The notes beneath the pieces were generated by a model. It did not search any database. It was not told where the DNA came from and was given only the letters and a program-made list of their open reading frames with translations. Source: Gammaproteobacteria bacterium (GTDB lineage: Bacteria; Pseudomonadota; Gammaproteobacteria; PS1; Pseudothioglobaceae). From it: a stretch of DNA of 52,147 nucleotides. The position numbers and the translations under genes were made by a program. Positions 20,120-30,131 of this stretch are shown here, piece after piece (within the stretch, counting starts at the first letter, position 1; every line of letters starts with the position of its first letter). Location of the stretch: NCBI GenBank assembly GCA_015659815.1, contig DQME01000184.1:1-52147 (forward strand). Direction: 5' to 3'.

Positions 20120-20332
20120 TTACCTTTTAAATGAAGCGTAGCGAGATTTGAATTTCTCAACGCGACCAGCGGTATCCATAATTTTTTGCTTACCAGTGTA
20201 AAAAGGATGGCAGTTTGAACAAACATCTAAGTGCAACTCGTCTTGAGATTTTGTTGAACGTGTTTCGAAAGAATTACCACAACTGCATACTACTTTAATG
20301 GTCTCGTAATCTGGATGAATTTCTGTTTTCAT
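20120..20332 (-). CDS. rpmE: 50S ribosomal protein L31 (zinc-ribbon type)
   Basis: 70 aa. MKTEIHPDY..., CSCG...[12 protein letters not shown]. Confidence 0.95.
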   Translation of the reverse strand: MKTEIHPDYETIKVVCSCGNSFETRSTKSQDELHLDVCSNCHPFYTGKQKIMDTAGRVEKFKSRYASFKR

Positions 20333-20618
20333 ATAAATTAATATTTTGTAAATCGCTAAGGGGGCAAATTATATACTATTTGTTGCTTTCAAAGCAAGCA
20401 TTTTGAATGCTCTATATTATTCAAGAATTGAATAATTACAAGCATAATCATGACGATTAAAAATAAATTTATTCAATATAATTCATAACAAAATACTAGT
20501 AAATAGTATTACCAAGTGTATTGCATTAAGGCAAACATGTGGCGGGTATAATAACTCAACAAAAAATTATATTAAGAGATTAATATCCTTTTAATTATAC
20601 AAACGAAAACTTTACTTT

Positions 20619-21977
20619 ATGATTGAAATTCACGCAATTATTTTAGCGGCCGGCAAGGGGACTCGCATGAATTCCAACAAACCCAAAGTGCTGCATACTA
20701 TTGCAGATATATCACTACTAGAACATGCTCTAATTAAGGCGAAAATTGTTTGCTCACATGTGCATGTGGTATACGGCCATATGGGTGAGATGGTCAGGGA
20801 TTCAGTAACTGATAAAAAGATTAACTGGATTGAGCAATCTGAACAGTTAGGAACAGGGCATGCTGTATCTCAGGCAGTGCCATACATAATTGATAACTCA
20901 GTATCACTTATTATGTACGCTGACGTCCCCTTGATTAAAGTATCTACACTAAATAGTTTGGTTGAACTTGCTAAGCGCTCTGGAGTGTCATTATTGACAG
21001 TTGATTTAGAAGACCCGAGTGGGTATGGCCGTGTTATTCGTAAAGACAACCTAATACAATCAATTGTTGAACACAAAGATGCTAAACAAGATGAATCAAA
21101 TATTACTGAAGTAAATACTGGTTTTATAGCTATAAAGACTAATTTATTAAAGAAGTACCTAAAGACCATAGAGACAAACAACTCACAGTCAGAGCTATAT
21201 CTAACCGATATAATTGAATCAGCAGTTGATGATGGTAGAATAATTGAATCATTAATTACAACGGACAGGTTCGAGGTGGCAGGTGTGAATGACAAGGTAC
21301 AACTTGCAGAAATTGAGAGGGCTTTTCAACAAAAACAAGCTGTCACATTTATGCAGGAAGGTTTAACCATTAAAGACCCAAACCGTTTCGACTGTAGAGG
21401 GGCCCTTAAATTTGGTACAGACTGTATAGTCGATATAAACGTTTTGTTTGAGGGTAATGTTGAGATAGGTGACAACTCTTCGATATCTTCTAATTGTGTT
21501 ATTAAAAACTCTACTATAGGTAATAATGTAAATATATTGCCAAATTCGGTTATTGAGAATGCGGTTATTGGAGATGGTGCTTCTGTAGGTCCGTTTTCCC
21601 GTATACGGCCAGATACGCGTATTGGAGACAATGCAAAAGTTGGAAACTTTGTTGAAGTCAAAAAAACAACCATAGGCAACAACTCTAAGGTATCTCACCT
21701 AAGCTACTTAGGCGACGCTACGGTTGGGGATGAAGTTAACATAGGTGCTGGAGTAATATCTTGCAATTACGATGGCGCCAATAAACATAAGACAGTAATT
21801 AAGGATGGTGCATTCATAGGCTCAAACTCAGAATTGATTGCCCCAATTGTTATTGGTGAGAATTCTACTATAGGTGCAGGATCAACAATTACAGAGGATG
21901 CCCCTAATGAAGCGCTAACGCTAAGCCGTACTAAGCAGTCAACGTACAAAAAGTGGCGACGCCCTTCTAAAAAATAA
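20619..21977 (+). CDS. glmU: Bifunctional UDP-N-acetylglucosamine pyrophosphorylase / glucosamine-1-phosphate N-acetyltransferase
   Basis: LAAGKGTRM nucleotidyltransferase motif and C-terminal hexapeptide-repeat beta-helix. 452 aa. Confidence 0.95.
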   Translation: MIEIHAIILAAGKGTRMNSNKPKVLHTIADISLLEHALIKAKIVCSHVHVVYGHMGEMVRDSVTDKKINWIEQSEQLGTGHAVSQAVPYIIDNSVSLIMYADVPLIKVSTLNSLVELAKRSGVSLLTVDLEDPSGYGRVIRKDNLIQSIVEHKDAKQDESNITEVNTGFIAIKTNLLKKYLKTIETNNSQSELYLTDIIESAVDDGRIIESLITTDRFEVAGVNDKVQLAEIERAFQQKQAVTFMQEGLTIKDPNRFDCRGALKFGTDCIVDINVLFEGNVEIGDNSSISSNCVIKNSTIGNNVNILPNSVIENAVIGDGASVGPFSRIRPDTRIGDNAKVGNFVEVKKTTIGNNSKVSHLSYLGDATVGDEVNIGAGVISCNYDGANKHKTVIKDGAFIGSNSELIAPIVIGENSTIGAGSTITEDAPNEALTLSRTKQSTYKKWRRPSKK

Positions 21978-21982
21978 ACTTA

Positions 21983-23161
21983 ATGCTTAAGCTCCCACGT
22001 AATGTATGGATCCTGACTCTGGCCCTGTCGCTTTTCATGTCTCTTAGTGTTTTTATTATTTTTATTGGTGGCATCATTGGTCAATCACTGAGTCCAATAA
22101 AGAGTCTGTCAACCTTGCCTGTAGCTATGATAGTGATTGGCACTGCAGTAAGTATATTTCCTATCAACTACATTATGTCTAAGATTGGCAGAAGGAGAAC
22201 CTTTCTGTATGTATGTATTTATACAATAATGAATATAACAGTAATCGTTGCTTCGCTTTACCTGCAGTCATTCATCTTATTCTGCCTATCGACATTCCTC
22301 TTTGGAGGAACTGCTGCAACGATGAATCAGTTTCGCTTCGCAGCAATTGAAAGCGTTAATAAAGAGCAGGTTGCATCAGCAACTTCCTTAGTATTACTTG
22401 GAGGATTAATTTCAGCTTTTTTGGGCCCAGAAATAGCTACCTCAGGTAGGCACTTATTTGAAGTTGAGTTTGTTGGCTCATTTATTCTGCTTGGTGTTTG
22501 TTTTGTTGTTGCATTTATATTGTTGAGCTTGTTTGTTCCAGCTAAAAAGCTGTCACTTCCACAAGATAACTCTACAAGAAAGCTGATAGATATATTAAAG
22601 CAGCCTATTTTTATAGTAGCTATGTCTAGTGCAGCCTCTGGATATGTGATTATGAGTTACATTATGACGGCAACCCCGGTAAGTATGCATAGTATGGACG
22701 GTTTCTCTTTAGAGCACACTAAATTTGTTATTCAAAGTCATGTAGTTGCTATGTTTTTACCATCATTATTTACTCCAATTATTATTAAGTTATTAGGTGT
22801 AAGCAGGATGATGCTTGCTGGGATTGTAATGTACTTTATTTGCATTGCCGTAGCTTACACAGGCCACATGTTAGTAAATTACTGGATTTCGCTTGTGCTT
22901 TTAGGACTAGGATGGAACTTTCTTTTTATCGGCGGTACCACAATGTTGCCAAGATCTTACGAAGAGAATGAGAAATATAAAGTTCAGACTATTAATGACT
23001 TTTTAATTTTTGGTCTTCAGGCTTTTGCTTCTTTATCGGCTGGTTGGTTTGTGTTTACATACGGATGGGAGGTTGTACTGGTATCTGTAATTCCGATATT
23101 ATTCATTCAGTTTATTATTCTTGTTTGGTGGTTAAAAAGCAAAAATCTATTAGCGGAATGA
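21983..23161 (+). CDS. MFS transporter, substrate unknown
   Basis: 392 aa with about 12 hydrophobic segments. Starts 5 nt after the glmU stop. Confidence 0.75.
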   Translation: MLKLPRNVWILTLALSLFMSLSVFIIFIGGIIGQSLSPIKSLSTLPVAMIVIGTAVSIFPINYIMSKIGRRRTFLYVCIYTIMNITVIVASLYLQSFILFCLSTFLFGGTAATMNQFRFAAIESVNKEQVASATSLVLLGGLISAFLGPEIATSGRHLFEVEFVGSFILLGVCFVVAFILLSLFVPAKKLSLPQDNSTRKLIDILKQPIFIVAMSSAASGYVIMSYIMTATPVSMHSMDGFSLEHTKFVIQSHVVAMFLPSLFTPIIIKLLGVSRMMLAGIVMYFICIAVAYTGHMLVNYWISLVLLGLGWNFLFIGGTTMLPRSYEENEKYKVQTINDFLIFGLQAFASLSAGWFVFTYGWEVVLVSVIPILFIQFIILVWWLKSKNLLAE

Positions 23162-23180
23162 CTAACATAACAACTAGTTA

Positions 23181-24272
23181 TTAATACAGATATTCTCTGT
23201 AGACCCTTTTAGTAATTTTTGTATAAATTTCGTATGAAATAGTATCTGCGCATCTTGCTACATCATTAATCGAGACATTCTCTCCGAACAACTCAACACG
23301 ATCATTTATATTAGTGTTAGGAATATGTGTAAGGTCAATGGTTAACATGTCCATCGAGACTCGACCAACTATATGCGTGATAAGTCCATTCAAATATACC
23401 GGTGTCCCAGTAATGGCATGCCTAGGATAGCCATCTCCATAACCAAATGCAACCACTCCAACAGTCATATCTTTAGGGCAAATGAACGTGCCCCCATACC
23501 CAATACTGTCTCCTTCGGTATATTTTTTAATAGAAATAATTGGGGCTGTAACAGTCATTGCAGTCAACAAATGTATATCGTGCTGATTCGTATCGACAGG
23601 TGACGTCCCATAAAGCATAATTCCAGGGCGTATGAAGTCTTGAGATTGGCATACCTTGGTTAGCACTCCTGCTGAGTTTGAGATTGAAAGCTTGGTTTTG
23701 TTATTATAAGATTTAAGGGATTTATAGAAGGAATCAATTTTATGCATTTGCTTGTCTGTTACTAAGCTGGTAACCTCATCGGCGCATGCAAAATGCGTCA
23801 TTAACACAATTTCTTTAATATTATTGCTGCTAGAAAGTTTCTCAAATGCATCCAAGAGAGTGTCATCTTGAAAGCCCAGCCTTCCCATTCCGGAATCGTA
23901 TTTTAAGAATAATGTTAAAGGCTCTTGGGGAGAAACACTAAGGATCCATTTCAAACCTTCTTCTGAAGTTACACAGATAAAAAAATTGTTATTATTTGCT
24001 ACTTCAATCTCATCAAACTCAAAAACACCTTCCAGTAATAGTATAGGGCTTTTTACCCCTGCTTGACGGATTTCTAAAGCCTCCTCTATGCATGCAACAC
24101 CAAATAAATCTACAGTATCATCAAGATATTTTGCCACTTCTGCAGATCCATGCCCATAAGCGTTAGCCTTTACAATTGCCACTGCCTGCGCATAAGGTAC
24201 GCATGATTTAGCGTACAAGTAATTATGTTTTATTGCAGCTAAATTAATTTTAGCAACCGTATTCCTACTCAT
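23181..24272 (-). CDS. alr: Alanine racemase (catabolic DadX-like position)
   Basis: PLP-lysine context VKANAYGHG. Its start shares one base with the dadA stop (TAATG). Confidence 0.9.
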   Translation of the reverse strand: MSRNTVAKINLAAIKHNYLYAKSCVPYAQAVAIVKANAYGHGSAEVAKYLDDTVDLFGVACIEEALEIRQAGVKSPILLLEGVFEFDEIEVANNNNFFICVTSEEGLKWILSVSPQEPLTLFLKYDSGMGRLGFQDDTLLDAFEKLSSSNNIKEIVLMTHFACADEVTSLVTDKQMHKIDSFYKSLKSYNNKTKLSISNSAGVLTKVCQSQDFIRPGIMLYGTSPVDTNQHDIHLLTAMTVTAPIISIKKYTEGDSIGYGGTFICPKDMTVGVVAFGYGDGYPRHAITGTPVYLNGLITHIVGRVSMDMLTIDLTHIPNTNINDRVELFGENVSINDVARCADTISYEIYTKITKRVYREYLY

Positions 24273-25528
24273 TATTGATAGCGCTCTATGCCCAACCCTT
24301 CTATGTCGATCATGGTGTCTTCTTTTAGCATTATTAATGAAATAAGCTTCCCAGAACCTAAACCCATAGTCCAGCCCAAAGTGCCGTGTCCGGTATTTAA
24401 AAACAGATTTTTGTAGGACGTCTTTCCTATAATGGGTGTTCCGTCAGGCGTCATTGGGCGTAGACCAGTCCAAAACTCATTATCTGTTGTCTCTCTAGTT
24501 GCTTTTGGGAAGATGTTGTTAATTACAAATGTGGTTATACTTTCACCTTTGAATGATAACTTCTTGTTATATCCATTTAACTCCGCAATTCCGGCTACCC
24601 TAACATTGTCCCCCAACCTTGTAATTGCGACCTTGTAGGTTTCGTCCAATAGTGAACCTTGTGGGGCGTCAATATCCTCTTTAACAGGTAAAGTAATTGA
24701 GTAACCCTTGACAGGATAAATTGGAAGAAAAATTCCAAGTGGCTTTAATAGTAAAGGCGAATCAGGTCCCAACGCTACAACATAGTTATCGGCTGTATAG
24801 GAGCCTGAACTTGTTTCTATACAAGACACATTGCCGTTTAATGTTTGTATGTTTTTTATGTCAACACCATACTCAAAATTAACTCCTAGTTTCTTGCACT
24901 CTTCTACTAGCTTGTTGACAAACATAAAGCAATTTGCACTTTGGTCTTCAAGCAGGCGCAAACCTCCCTTAATCTTATCTCTAGAATGTCGTAGCCCAGG
25001 CTCAGCTTCAATACAACCATCTACATCCAGTAATTCGTATTTAATATTGTATTTATCATAAATAGATGTATCCTTTTTACAGTCTGCTACTTGCTTATCG
25101 GTCCTATAAATCTGTAATATGCCGTGATTTCTGAGCTCGAAATCAAAATCATGTTCGTCAATAAATTCTGCCACTGCCATTTTGGAGAAAGAAGAAATGC
25201 GCATCATTCTTGACTTGTTTATTGTGTACCTGTCGGCTGTACAGTTTCTTAAAAGCCTAAAGATGAACTTTATGGTTTTTAAAGATAGCTTTGGGTTGAC
25301 AATCAATGGGGCATACTTAGTGAACATCCATTTAATTGCCATAAACGGCACTCCTGGAGCGGCCCAAGGGGATGACATAGCATACGAAAGCTGTCCAGCA
25401 TTGGCATGGCTAGTGCCCATAGCCGCACTATCTTCACGATCAATAACAGTTACCTCGTGGCCTGCTTTCGCTAAATAGTAAGCGGAACTTACACCGATTA
25501 TTCCACTGCCTGCTACTAATACTTTCAT
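24272..25528 (-). CDS. dadA: D-amino acid dehydrogenase, FAD-dependent
   Basis: VLVAGSGIIGVSSAYYLAKAGHEVTVIDRE, PLKGYS-like block, RPMTPDGTPIIG and LNTGHGTLGWTM. These match E. coli DadA as I recall it. Confidence 0.9.
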   Translation of the reverse strand: MKVLVAGSGIIGVSSAYYLAKAGHEVTVIDREDSAAMGTSHANAGQLSYAMSSPWAAPGVPFMAIKWMFTKYAPLIVNPKLSLKTIKFIFRLLRNCTADRYTINKSRMMRISSFSKMAVAEFIDEHDFDFELRNHGILQIYRTDKQVADCKKDTSIYDKYNIKYELLDVDGCIEAEPGLRHSRDKIKGGLRLLEDQSANCFMFVNKLVEECKKLGVNFEYGVDIKNIQTLNGNVSCIETSSGSYTADNYVVALGPDSPLLLKPLGIFLPIYPVKGYSITLPVKEDIDAPQGSLLDETYKVAITRLGDNVRVAGIAELNGYNKKLSFKGESITTFVINNIFPKATRETTDNEFWTGLRPMTPDGTPIIGKTSYKNLFLNTGHGTLGWTMGLGSGKLISLIMLKEDTMIDIEGLGIERYQ

Positions 25529-25633
25529 AATTTATTGTTTAATAAGATACGAGCGGGCATTATATTAGTTTTATAATTACAGAACATTACAAAGTGTGCA
25601 AGAAAAATCAAAAAAATATAACCTCCAAGACTC

Positions 25634-26635
25634 TTAGTTGCTGACTATTTCGGCAATAACATTTATATTATCGCCCATCTTAATAATGGATGGATAATGT
25701 TTAGCAATAACCATGCCATCTCTAGGAGCAAAATAATCAAACGGCTCCTGATTGGTGTGTTTCGTTGAATGGATTCTAGCGACAAGATCTCCACATTCTA
25801 CCTTGTCACCTAAAGCAACAAATGGCTCGATAATGCCATCGTGCGCAGAACAAATAAAAGAGCGAGCGTCGGGCATATTGAGCTCTATTATTTGTGTCTC
25901 TGGAACAAAAATATCACCAGTCATAACCCCTGTATGTATGAGAAAATTGTCAACTCCTCTCTTAGCTATATTGACAGTTTCAGGGGTAGTGGAACCTCCA
26001 CCACCGAGCTCTGTTGTTACAAATAACTTGCCCATAGACTCTGCTTGTGTATCGTACATGCTCGCGGCATCCATCTCTAGCATTTTCACATAGTATGGAG
26101 CACCAAAAGCTTTGGCAGCAAGCTCACATGCAGCGTCTTGCTTAGTATCGCTCAACACATGTGATGCTGAAAAGGGGACAAGATTTAACGTTTTGCCGCC
26201 AGAATGAATATCCAAAACTACATCCGCCATTGGTAATAGTGTTTTTGAGAAATAATCTGCTATGATTTGTGTAACTGTGCCGTCAGGTCTGCCAGGGAAT
26301 GATCGGTTCATATTTACATTGTCAATTGGAGAAACCCTGTCTCCAGAGAGAAAGGCTGGAAAATTCATTGCCGGGATTATAATAACCCGTCCAGTGATAT
26401 TGTCGATGTTTTTTCTTGAGCACAGATTAAATAGCGCGATTGGCCCTTCATATTCATCCCCATGGTTGCCTCCAGTTAATAGTGCTGTAGGACCATCTCC
26501 ATTTTTAAACTGAGTTACAGGCATCATGATGGAGCCCCAGGCAGAAGTGTTTGATGAATATGGAATCTTAAAGAAGCCGTGCTGTATTCCGTTCACATTA
26601 AAATCAATAGTTGAGGTTGTTGGATTGTTTTTCAT
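25634..26635 (-). CDS. doeB: N-alpha-acetyl-L-2,4-diaminobutyrate deacetylase-like (succinylglutamate desuccinylase/aspartoacylase family)
   Basis: GGNHGDEYEG, NRSFPG and DIHSGG motifs. It sits 6 nt downstream of the M24 hydrolase gene, the doeAB/eutDE arrangement. Confidence 0.65.
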   Translation of the reverse strand: MKNNPTTSTIDFNVNGIQHGFFKIPYSSNTSAWGSIMMPVTQFKNGDGPTALLTGGNHGDEYEGPIALFNLCSRKNIDNITGRVIIIPAMNFPAFLSGDRVSPIDNVNMNRSFPGRPDGTVTQIIADYFSKTLLPMADVVLDIHSGGKTLNLVPFSASHVLSDTKQDAACELAAKAFGAPYYVKMLEMDAASMYDTQAESMGKLFVTTELGGGGSTTPETVNIAKRGVDNFLIHTGVMTGDIFVPETQIIELNMPDARSFICSAHDGIIEPFVALGDKVECGDLVARIHSTKHTNQEPFDYFAPRDGMVIAKHYPSIIKMGDNINVIAEIVSN

Positions 26636-26641
26636 AAATTC

Positions 26642-27820
26642 CTACTTTATTAATAACTTTCTGGGCACATTAGAAAGACATTCTCCTCCTGCTGTTCCAA
26701 CACGCACGCTTTCAGTCATCTCGAATCCCCAGTCTTCAAACCAGATTGCAGGCATAAAATGAAAGGTCATATTTTCTTCTAGCACCGTATCATCCGTTCC
26801 TCTAAGACTCATTGTTCTTTCGCCCCAATCAGGTGGATAACTCAGACCTATAGGATAGCCGCATCGATTACTCTTTTCATAGCCATATTTTTTTAATGTA
26901 GCTGTAAAGTTGTCTGAAATTTGAGCACATGTATTGCCAGGCTTAAACATCTCAATTGCATTTTCAATGCATTCATTAATAACTTTTTCAAGGTCTAAGT
27001 ATTGCTGAGGAGGTGATCCTAAATAAAGTGTTCTTGAGCAGGGGCAGTGATACCTTGCGTAGGCTCCGGCTAACTCTAAAAACATACCCTCATTATTATT
27101 TAATGGTTGGTCATTCCACGTCATGTGGCATGCTGCAGCTTCCTCTCCAACACCAATAAGAGGGACGAATGAAGTATAGTCGCCATAATGACCTTGATTG
27201 CCTTGAGCTCCTGCATGCATTATTTCAGCAACTAAGTCGTTTTTTCTCATCCCAGGTTCTGCAACCTTCATGACACGTTCATAGACACCCTCAATCACCT
27301 TTCCTGCTCTTTTCATATAGGTAATTTCAGTTTCAGACTTAACTGCCCTTTGCCAATTAACGAGCCCTGTTTGATCAATAAAAGTTGAGTCAGGGAGGCA
27401 TCTGTATAAAGATTCAGCAGCTCTTGCTGAAAAATAGTAGTTATCTTTTTCAAGACCAATTCTTTTTTTATTTAGGCTCTTTTCTTTGAATATGCCTGCA
27501 AGGAATTCCATAGGGTGGCGATCAGGACTCATGACATATTCATCTGGGTATGACAATATATTGCTAATGTCCAGATCTGTGGTGAACTCAGCACCTTTAG
27601 CGTCAATTCCTCTACCGTACCAAAAAAGCTCACCATTAGTCGTAATAATTACACATTGATGAACATAAAAAGACCAGCAATCATAGCCTGTCAGCCAGTT
27701 CATGTTGGCAGGGTCATACACAATCATAACTTCAACACCACTCTCTGTCATTGCTTTGCGAGTTTTGTCTTGCCTAGAGGTGAACTCTGATGACTCAAAC
27801 TTTCTTCTAGAATCCAGCAT
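26642..27820 (-). CDS. doeA: Ectoine hydrolase-like M24 (creatinase/prolidase fold) protein
   Basis: 392 aa. Creatinase-type N-domain plus pita-bread domain. Paired with a DoeB-like deacetylase and divergent from an EutA-like gene. Confidence 0.65.
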   Translation of the reverse strand: MLDSRRKFESSEFTSRQDKTRKAMTESGVEVMIVYDPANMNWLTGYDCWSFYVHQCVIITTNGELFWYGRGIDAKGAEFTTDLDISNILSYPDEYVMSPDRHPMEFLAGIFKEKSLNKKRIGLEKDNYYFSARAAESLYRCLPDSTFIDQTGLVNWQRAVKSETEITYMKRAGKVIEGVYERVMKVAEPGMRKNDLVAEIMHAGAQGNQGHYGDYTSFVPLIGVGEEAAACHMTWNDQPLNNNEGMFLELAGAYARYHCPCSRTLYLGSPPQQYLDLEKVINECIENAIEMFKPGNTCAQISDNFTATLKKYGYEKSNRCGYPIGLSYPPDWGERTMSLRGTDDTVLEENMTFHFMPAIWFEDWGFEMTESVRVGTAGGECLSNVPRKLLIK

Positions 27821-27919
27821 ATATTATTATGTTCTAAAAAAACTCGTATATTACACAGAAATCTATACAATGTCACCGATAGTGGCTTTATTAATACAGT
27901 CAAAATAATTAAACCCTAA

Positions 27920-28648
27920 ATGATTAATTCAAATTACATAATTAACAAATTACGCGTGGCTAGTGGGATTGATGCTTATGTCCCAAAAGTAGGTATGATT
28001 ATTCTTGATACCGACCTAACCTGCGAAAGAGACTTTGCCCGAATGAAATCTGAGCACAATTCAAATTTTGACTTGTACTATAATCGTGTTACTTTTGAAA
28101 ACCCTATGACTGTAGAAAGCTTAACAGCCATATTGCCACGACTGCCTGAAGCTGCAGGCCAAATATTACCTGGCATTACTTTGGACGCTTTGGTATTTAA
28201 TTGCACCTCTTCCTCTGCTCTGTTAGGCGACAGTGCAGTGGTTTCTGCACTCTCATCAATATCGAATAATACATTCACCACTGCTTCCGCAGTAGTGTCA
28301 GAAATGAAAAAAGCAAACGTAAAAAATATCAGTATACTGTGCCCATATCCTAAGAATGTTAGCATTGGCATGGCTGATTATTTTTACTCATGTGGGTTAA
28401 ACGTTACGTCACTCACGTACCTAGATATTGAGGACGATAGAGATGTAGCTAATATTGGTGCAAAAAAAATTATTGATTCAGCAATAAAAGCGATAAGTCC
28501 CGATTCAGATGCATTATTTATTTCCTGTACGGCCCTTAGATCAGCTGAATTGGTAAAAGACCTTTGCGACTTAACTAAGAAAAAAATCTTCACGAGTAAC
28601 TACTCTACCTTCAAACACCTAGAGTCGGTTATAGGTAATAATTTGTAA
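27920..28648 (+). CDS. Asp/Glu/hydantoin racemase superfamily protein (arylmalonate decarboxylase / maleate isomerase / EutA-like)
   Basis: Two catalytic-cysteine contexts, FNCTSSS and FISCTALRS. 242 aa. Confidence 0.6.
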   Translation: MINSNYIINKLRVASGIDAYVPKVGMIILDTDLTCERDFARMKSEHNSNFDLYYNRVTFENPMTVESLTAILPRLPEAAGQILPGITLDALVFNCTSSSALLGDSAVVSALSSISNNTFTTASAVVSEMKKANVKNISILCPYPKNVSIGMADYFYSCGLNVTSLTYLDIEDDRDVANIGAKKIIDSAIKAISPDSDALFISCTALRSAELVKDLCDLTKKKIFTSNYSTFKHLESVIGNNL

Positions 28649-28659
28649 GTGGCCTAATA

Positions 28660-29553
28660 ATGGGATACCTGTTTTCTACTATAGCTGTAGCATTGTGGGC
28701 ATTTAATTTTATTATCGCTGTTATAGCTAATAATCAAATATCAGCAATTGAGCTTTCTTTTTATCGATGGCTTGTAGCACTCATTATTCTTATACCATGG
28801 ATTATTAAACTAATTCCCAAGATTGATATTGTCATTTCAAATTGGAAATATATTGTTATACCCGCAGTGTTCGGTGTTAGTATCTTTAATACAGCGTTGT
28901 ATATGGCTGCACATTACACATCATCCTTTAATCTTTCACTTATTGGAATAAGTGCCCCTATCTTAGTTATTATTATCAATAGATTTGTATTTAGAGCTCA
29001 TTACTCTAAAGCACTATGGGTTGGCGTGCTTACCGCTACTGTCGGAGTTTTGATGCTAATTAGCAAGGGCGATTTGTATGCACTTATAGGCCTTAACTTT
29101 TCCATGGGGGATTTATTAATGCTTATATCTGCTCTCTCTTGGGGGGTATACACCGTAACCCTAGAACACAAGCAACCAACAATTTTTAGTCAGATCGAAT
29201 ATTTAGCACTGATTGTTGTTTTCGGATTTTTACTATTGATCCCAGCCTTTTATTGGCAAGTTAGCAGTCATGGATACAGTCGATACAGTTCAGAGGTAGG
29301 ACTTATGGTACTGTATTTAGGTGTTTTCCCTTCTGTAGTATCTTTTTACAGCTGGAACAAGTCAATTGAAATAATTGGAGCAACTCGGACCGGTGCAACA
29401 TATTACCTCATTCCTATTTTTGTATTTATTTATAGCAGTTTATTGCTTGAGGAGGAGATAACTTATGTAGCATTATTAAGTTTTTTGTTGATATTCTCAG
29501 GGCTGCTAACCATACACTTCACAAGGGACACCTTACAAAGAAACGGCCTTTAG
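28660..29553 (+). CDS. EamA/DMT-family transporter
   Basis: 297 aa, about 10 TM helices in two repeats. Starts 11 nt after the preceding gene. Confidence 0.8.
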   Translation: MGYLFSTIAVALWAFNFIIAVIANNQISAIELSFYRWLVALIILIPWIIKLIPKIDIVISNWKYIVIPAVFGVSIFNTALYMAAHYTSSFNLSLIGISAPILVIIINRFVFRAHYSKALWVGVLTATVGVLMLISKGDLYALIGLNFSMGDLLMLISALSWGVYTVTLEHKQPTIFSQIEYLALIVVFGFLLLIPAFYWQVSSHGYSRYSSEVGLMVLYLGVFPSVVSFYSWNKSIEIIGATRTGATYYLIPIFVFIYSSLLLEEEITYVALLSFLLIFSGLLTIHFTRDTLQRNGL

Positions 29554-30131
29554 TCAAGTAGCGCTCTTACGGCCTCTCTGGCACTCAGGCGGTTTACATT
29601 TTTACTCAAGTCTTCGCCAAAATGAATATGAACCTTTCTTCTAAATATAATATAACTACTAGCGCTATCAACTCTATGCGTTTTTGAAAGCATACTGCCA
29701 CACATGTTGTTAACAGCAAAAGGTATCACGGCTAAATCAGTTCTGGTCCCACTTAGAATTTTTTCAAATCCTCGCTTAAACTCAAGGAGTTCTCCAGTCC
29801 TTGAAATCTCCCCTTCAGGAAATATTCCAACAATGTGTTGATCTTCTAGCACGTCAATCACACTCTCGAGCGCCCTTCTACTGTTGGAAGGCCTAACACA
29901 AATTACTTTCACTGCACGCCAAAACCATTTTAGTATTGGAATGTTGTAAAAATCTTCATGCATTACAAAGCGTATGGTCCTCGAAGTTGCCCATTGGACA
30001 AACGCCCAATCTATGTAACTTACATGGTTACCCAGTAACAATACTGGCCCATTTGTTGGTATATTTTCAATGCCGCTAATTTTTACACGATAGCGTAACC
30101 CAAAAACGACAATGACTAACCAGCGCCTCAC
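29550..30131 (-). CDS. Lysophospholipid (PlsC-type) acyltransferase
   Basis: HX4D motif (NHVSYID) and FPEGEISRTG. The only start that retains HX4D is the GTG at 30129-30131, which overlaps the upstream MFS stop by one base. Confidence 0.75.
   Translation of the reverse strand: MRRWLVIVVFGLRYRVKISGIENIPTNGPVLLLGNHVSYIDWAFVQWATSRTIRFVMHEDFYNIPILKWFWRAVKVICVRPSNSRRALESVIDVLEDQHIVGIFPEGEISRTGELLEFKRGFEKILSGTRTDLAVIPFAVNNMCGSMLSKTHRVDSASSYIIFRRKVHIHFGEDLSKNVNRLSAREAVRALLD

Noticed and set aside
19999-20226. 75-aa ORF overlapping the 3' end of rpmE and its terminator
   Set aside because: It overlaps a certain ribosomal protein gene in another frame, spans the terminator hairpin, and has an implausible sequence.
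20333-20618. Zur box or other metal-regulator site near rpmE
   Set aside because: The encoded L31 is the zinc-ribbon (Cys-containing) form, which is not the Zur-regulated paralogue. No sequence resembling the AT-rich Zur palindrome (GAAATGTTATAATATAACATTTC) was seen.
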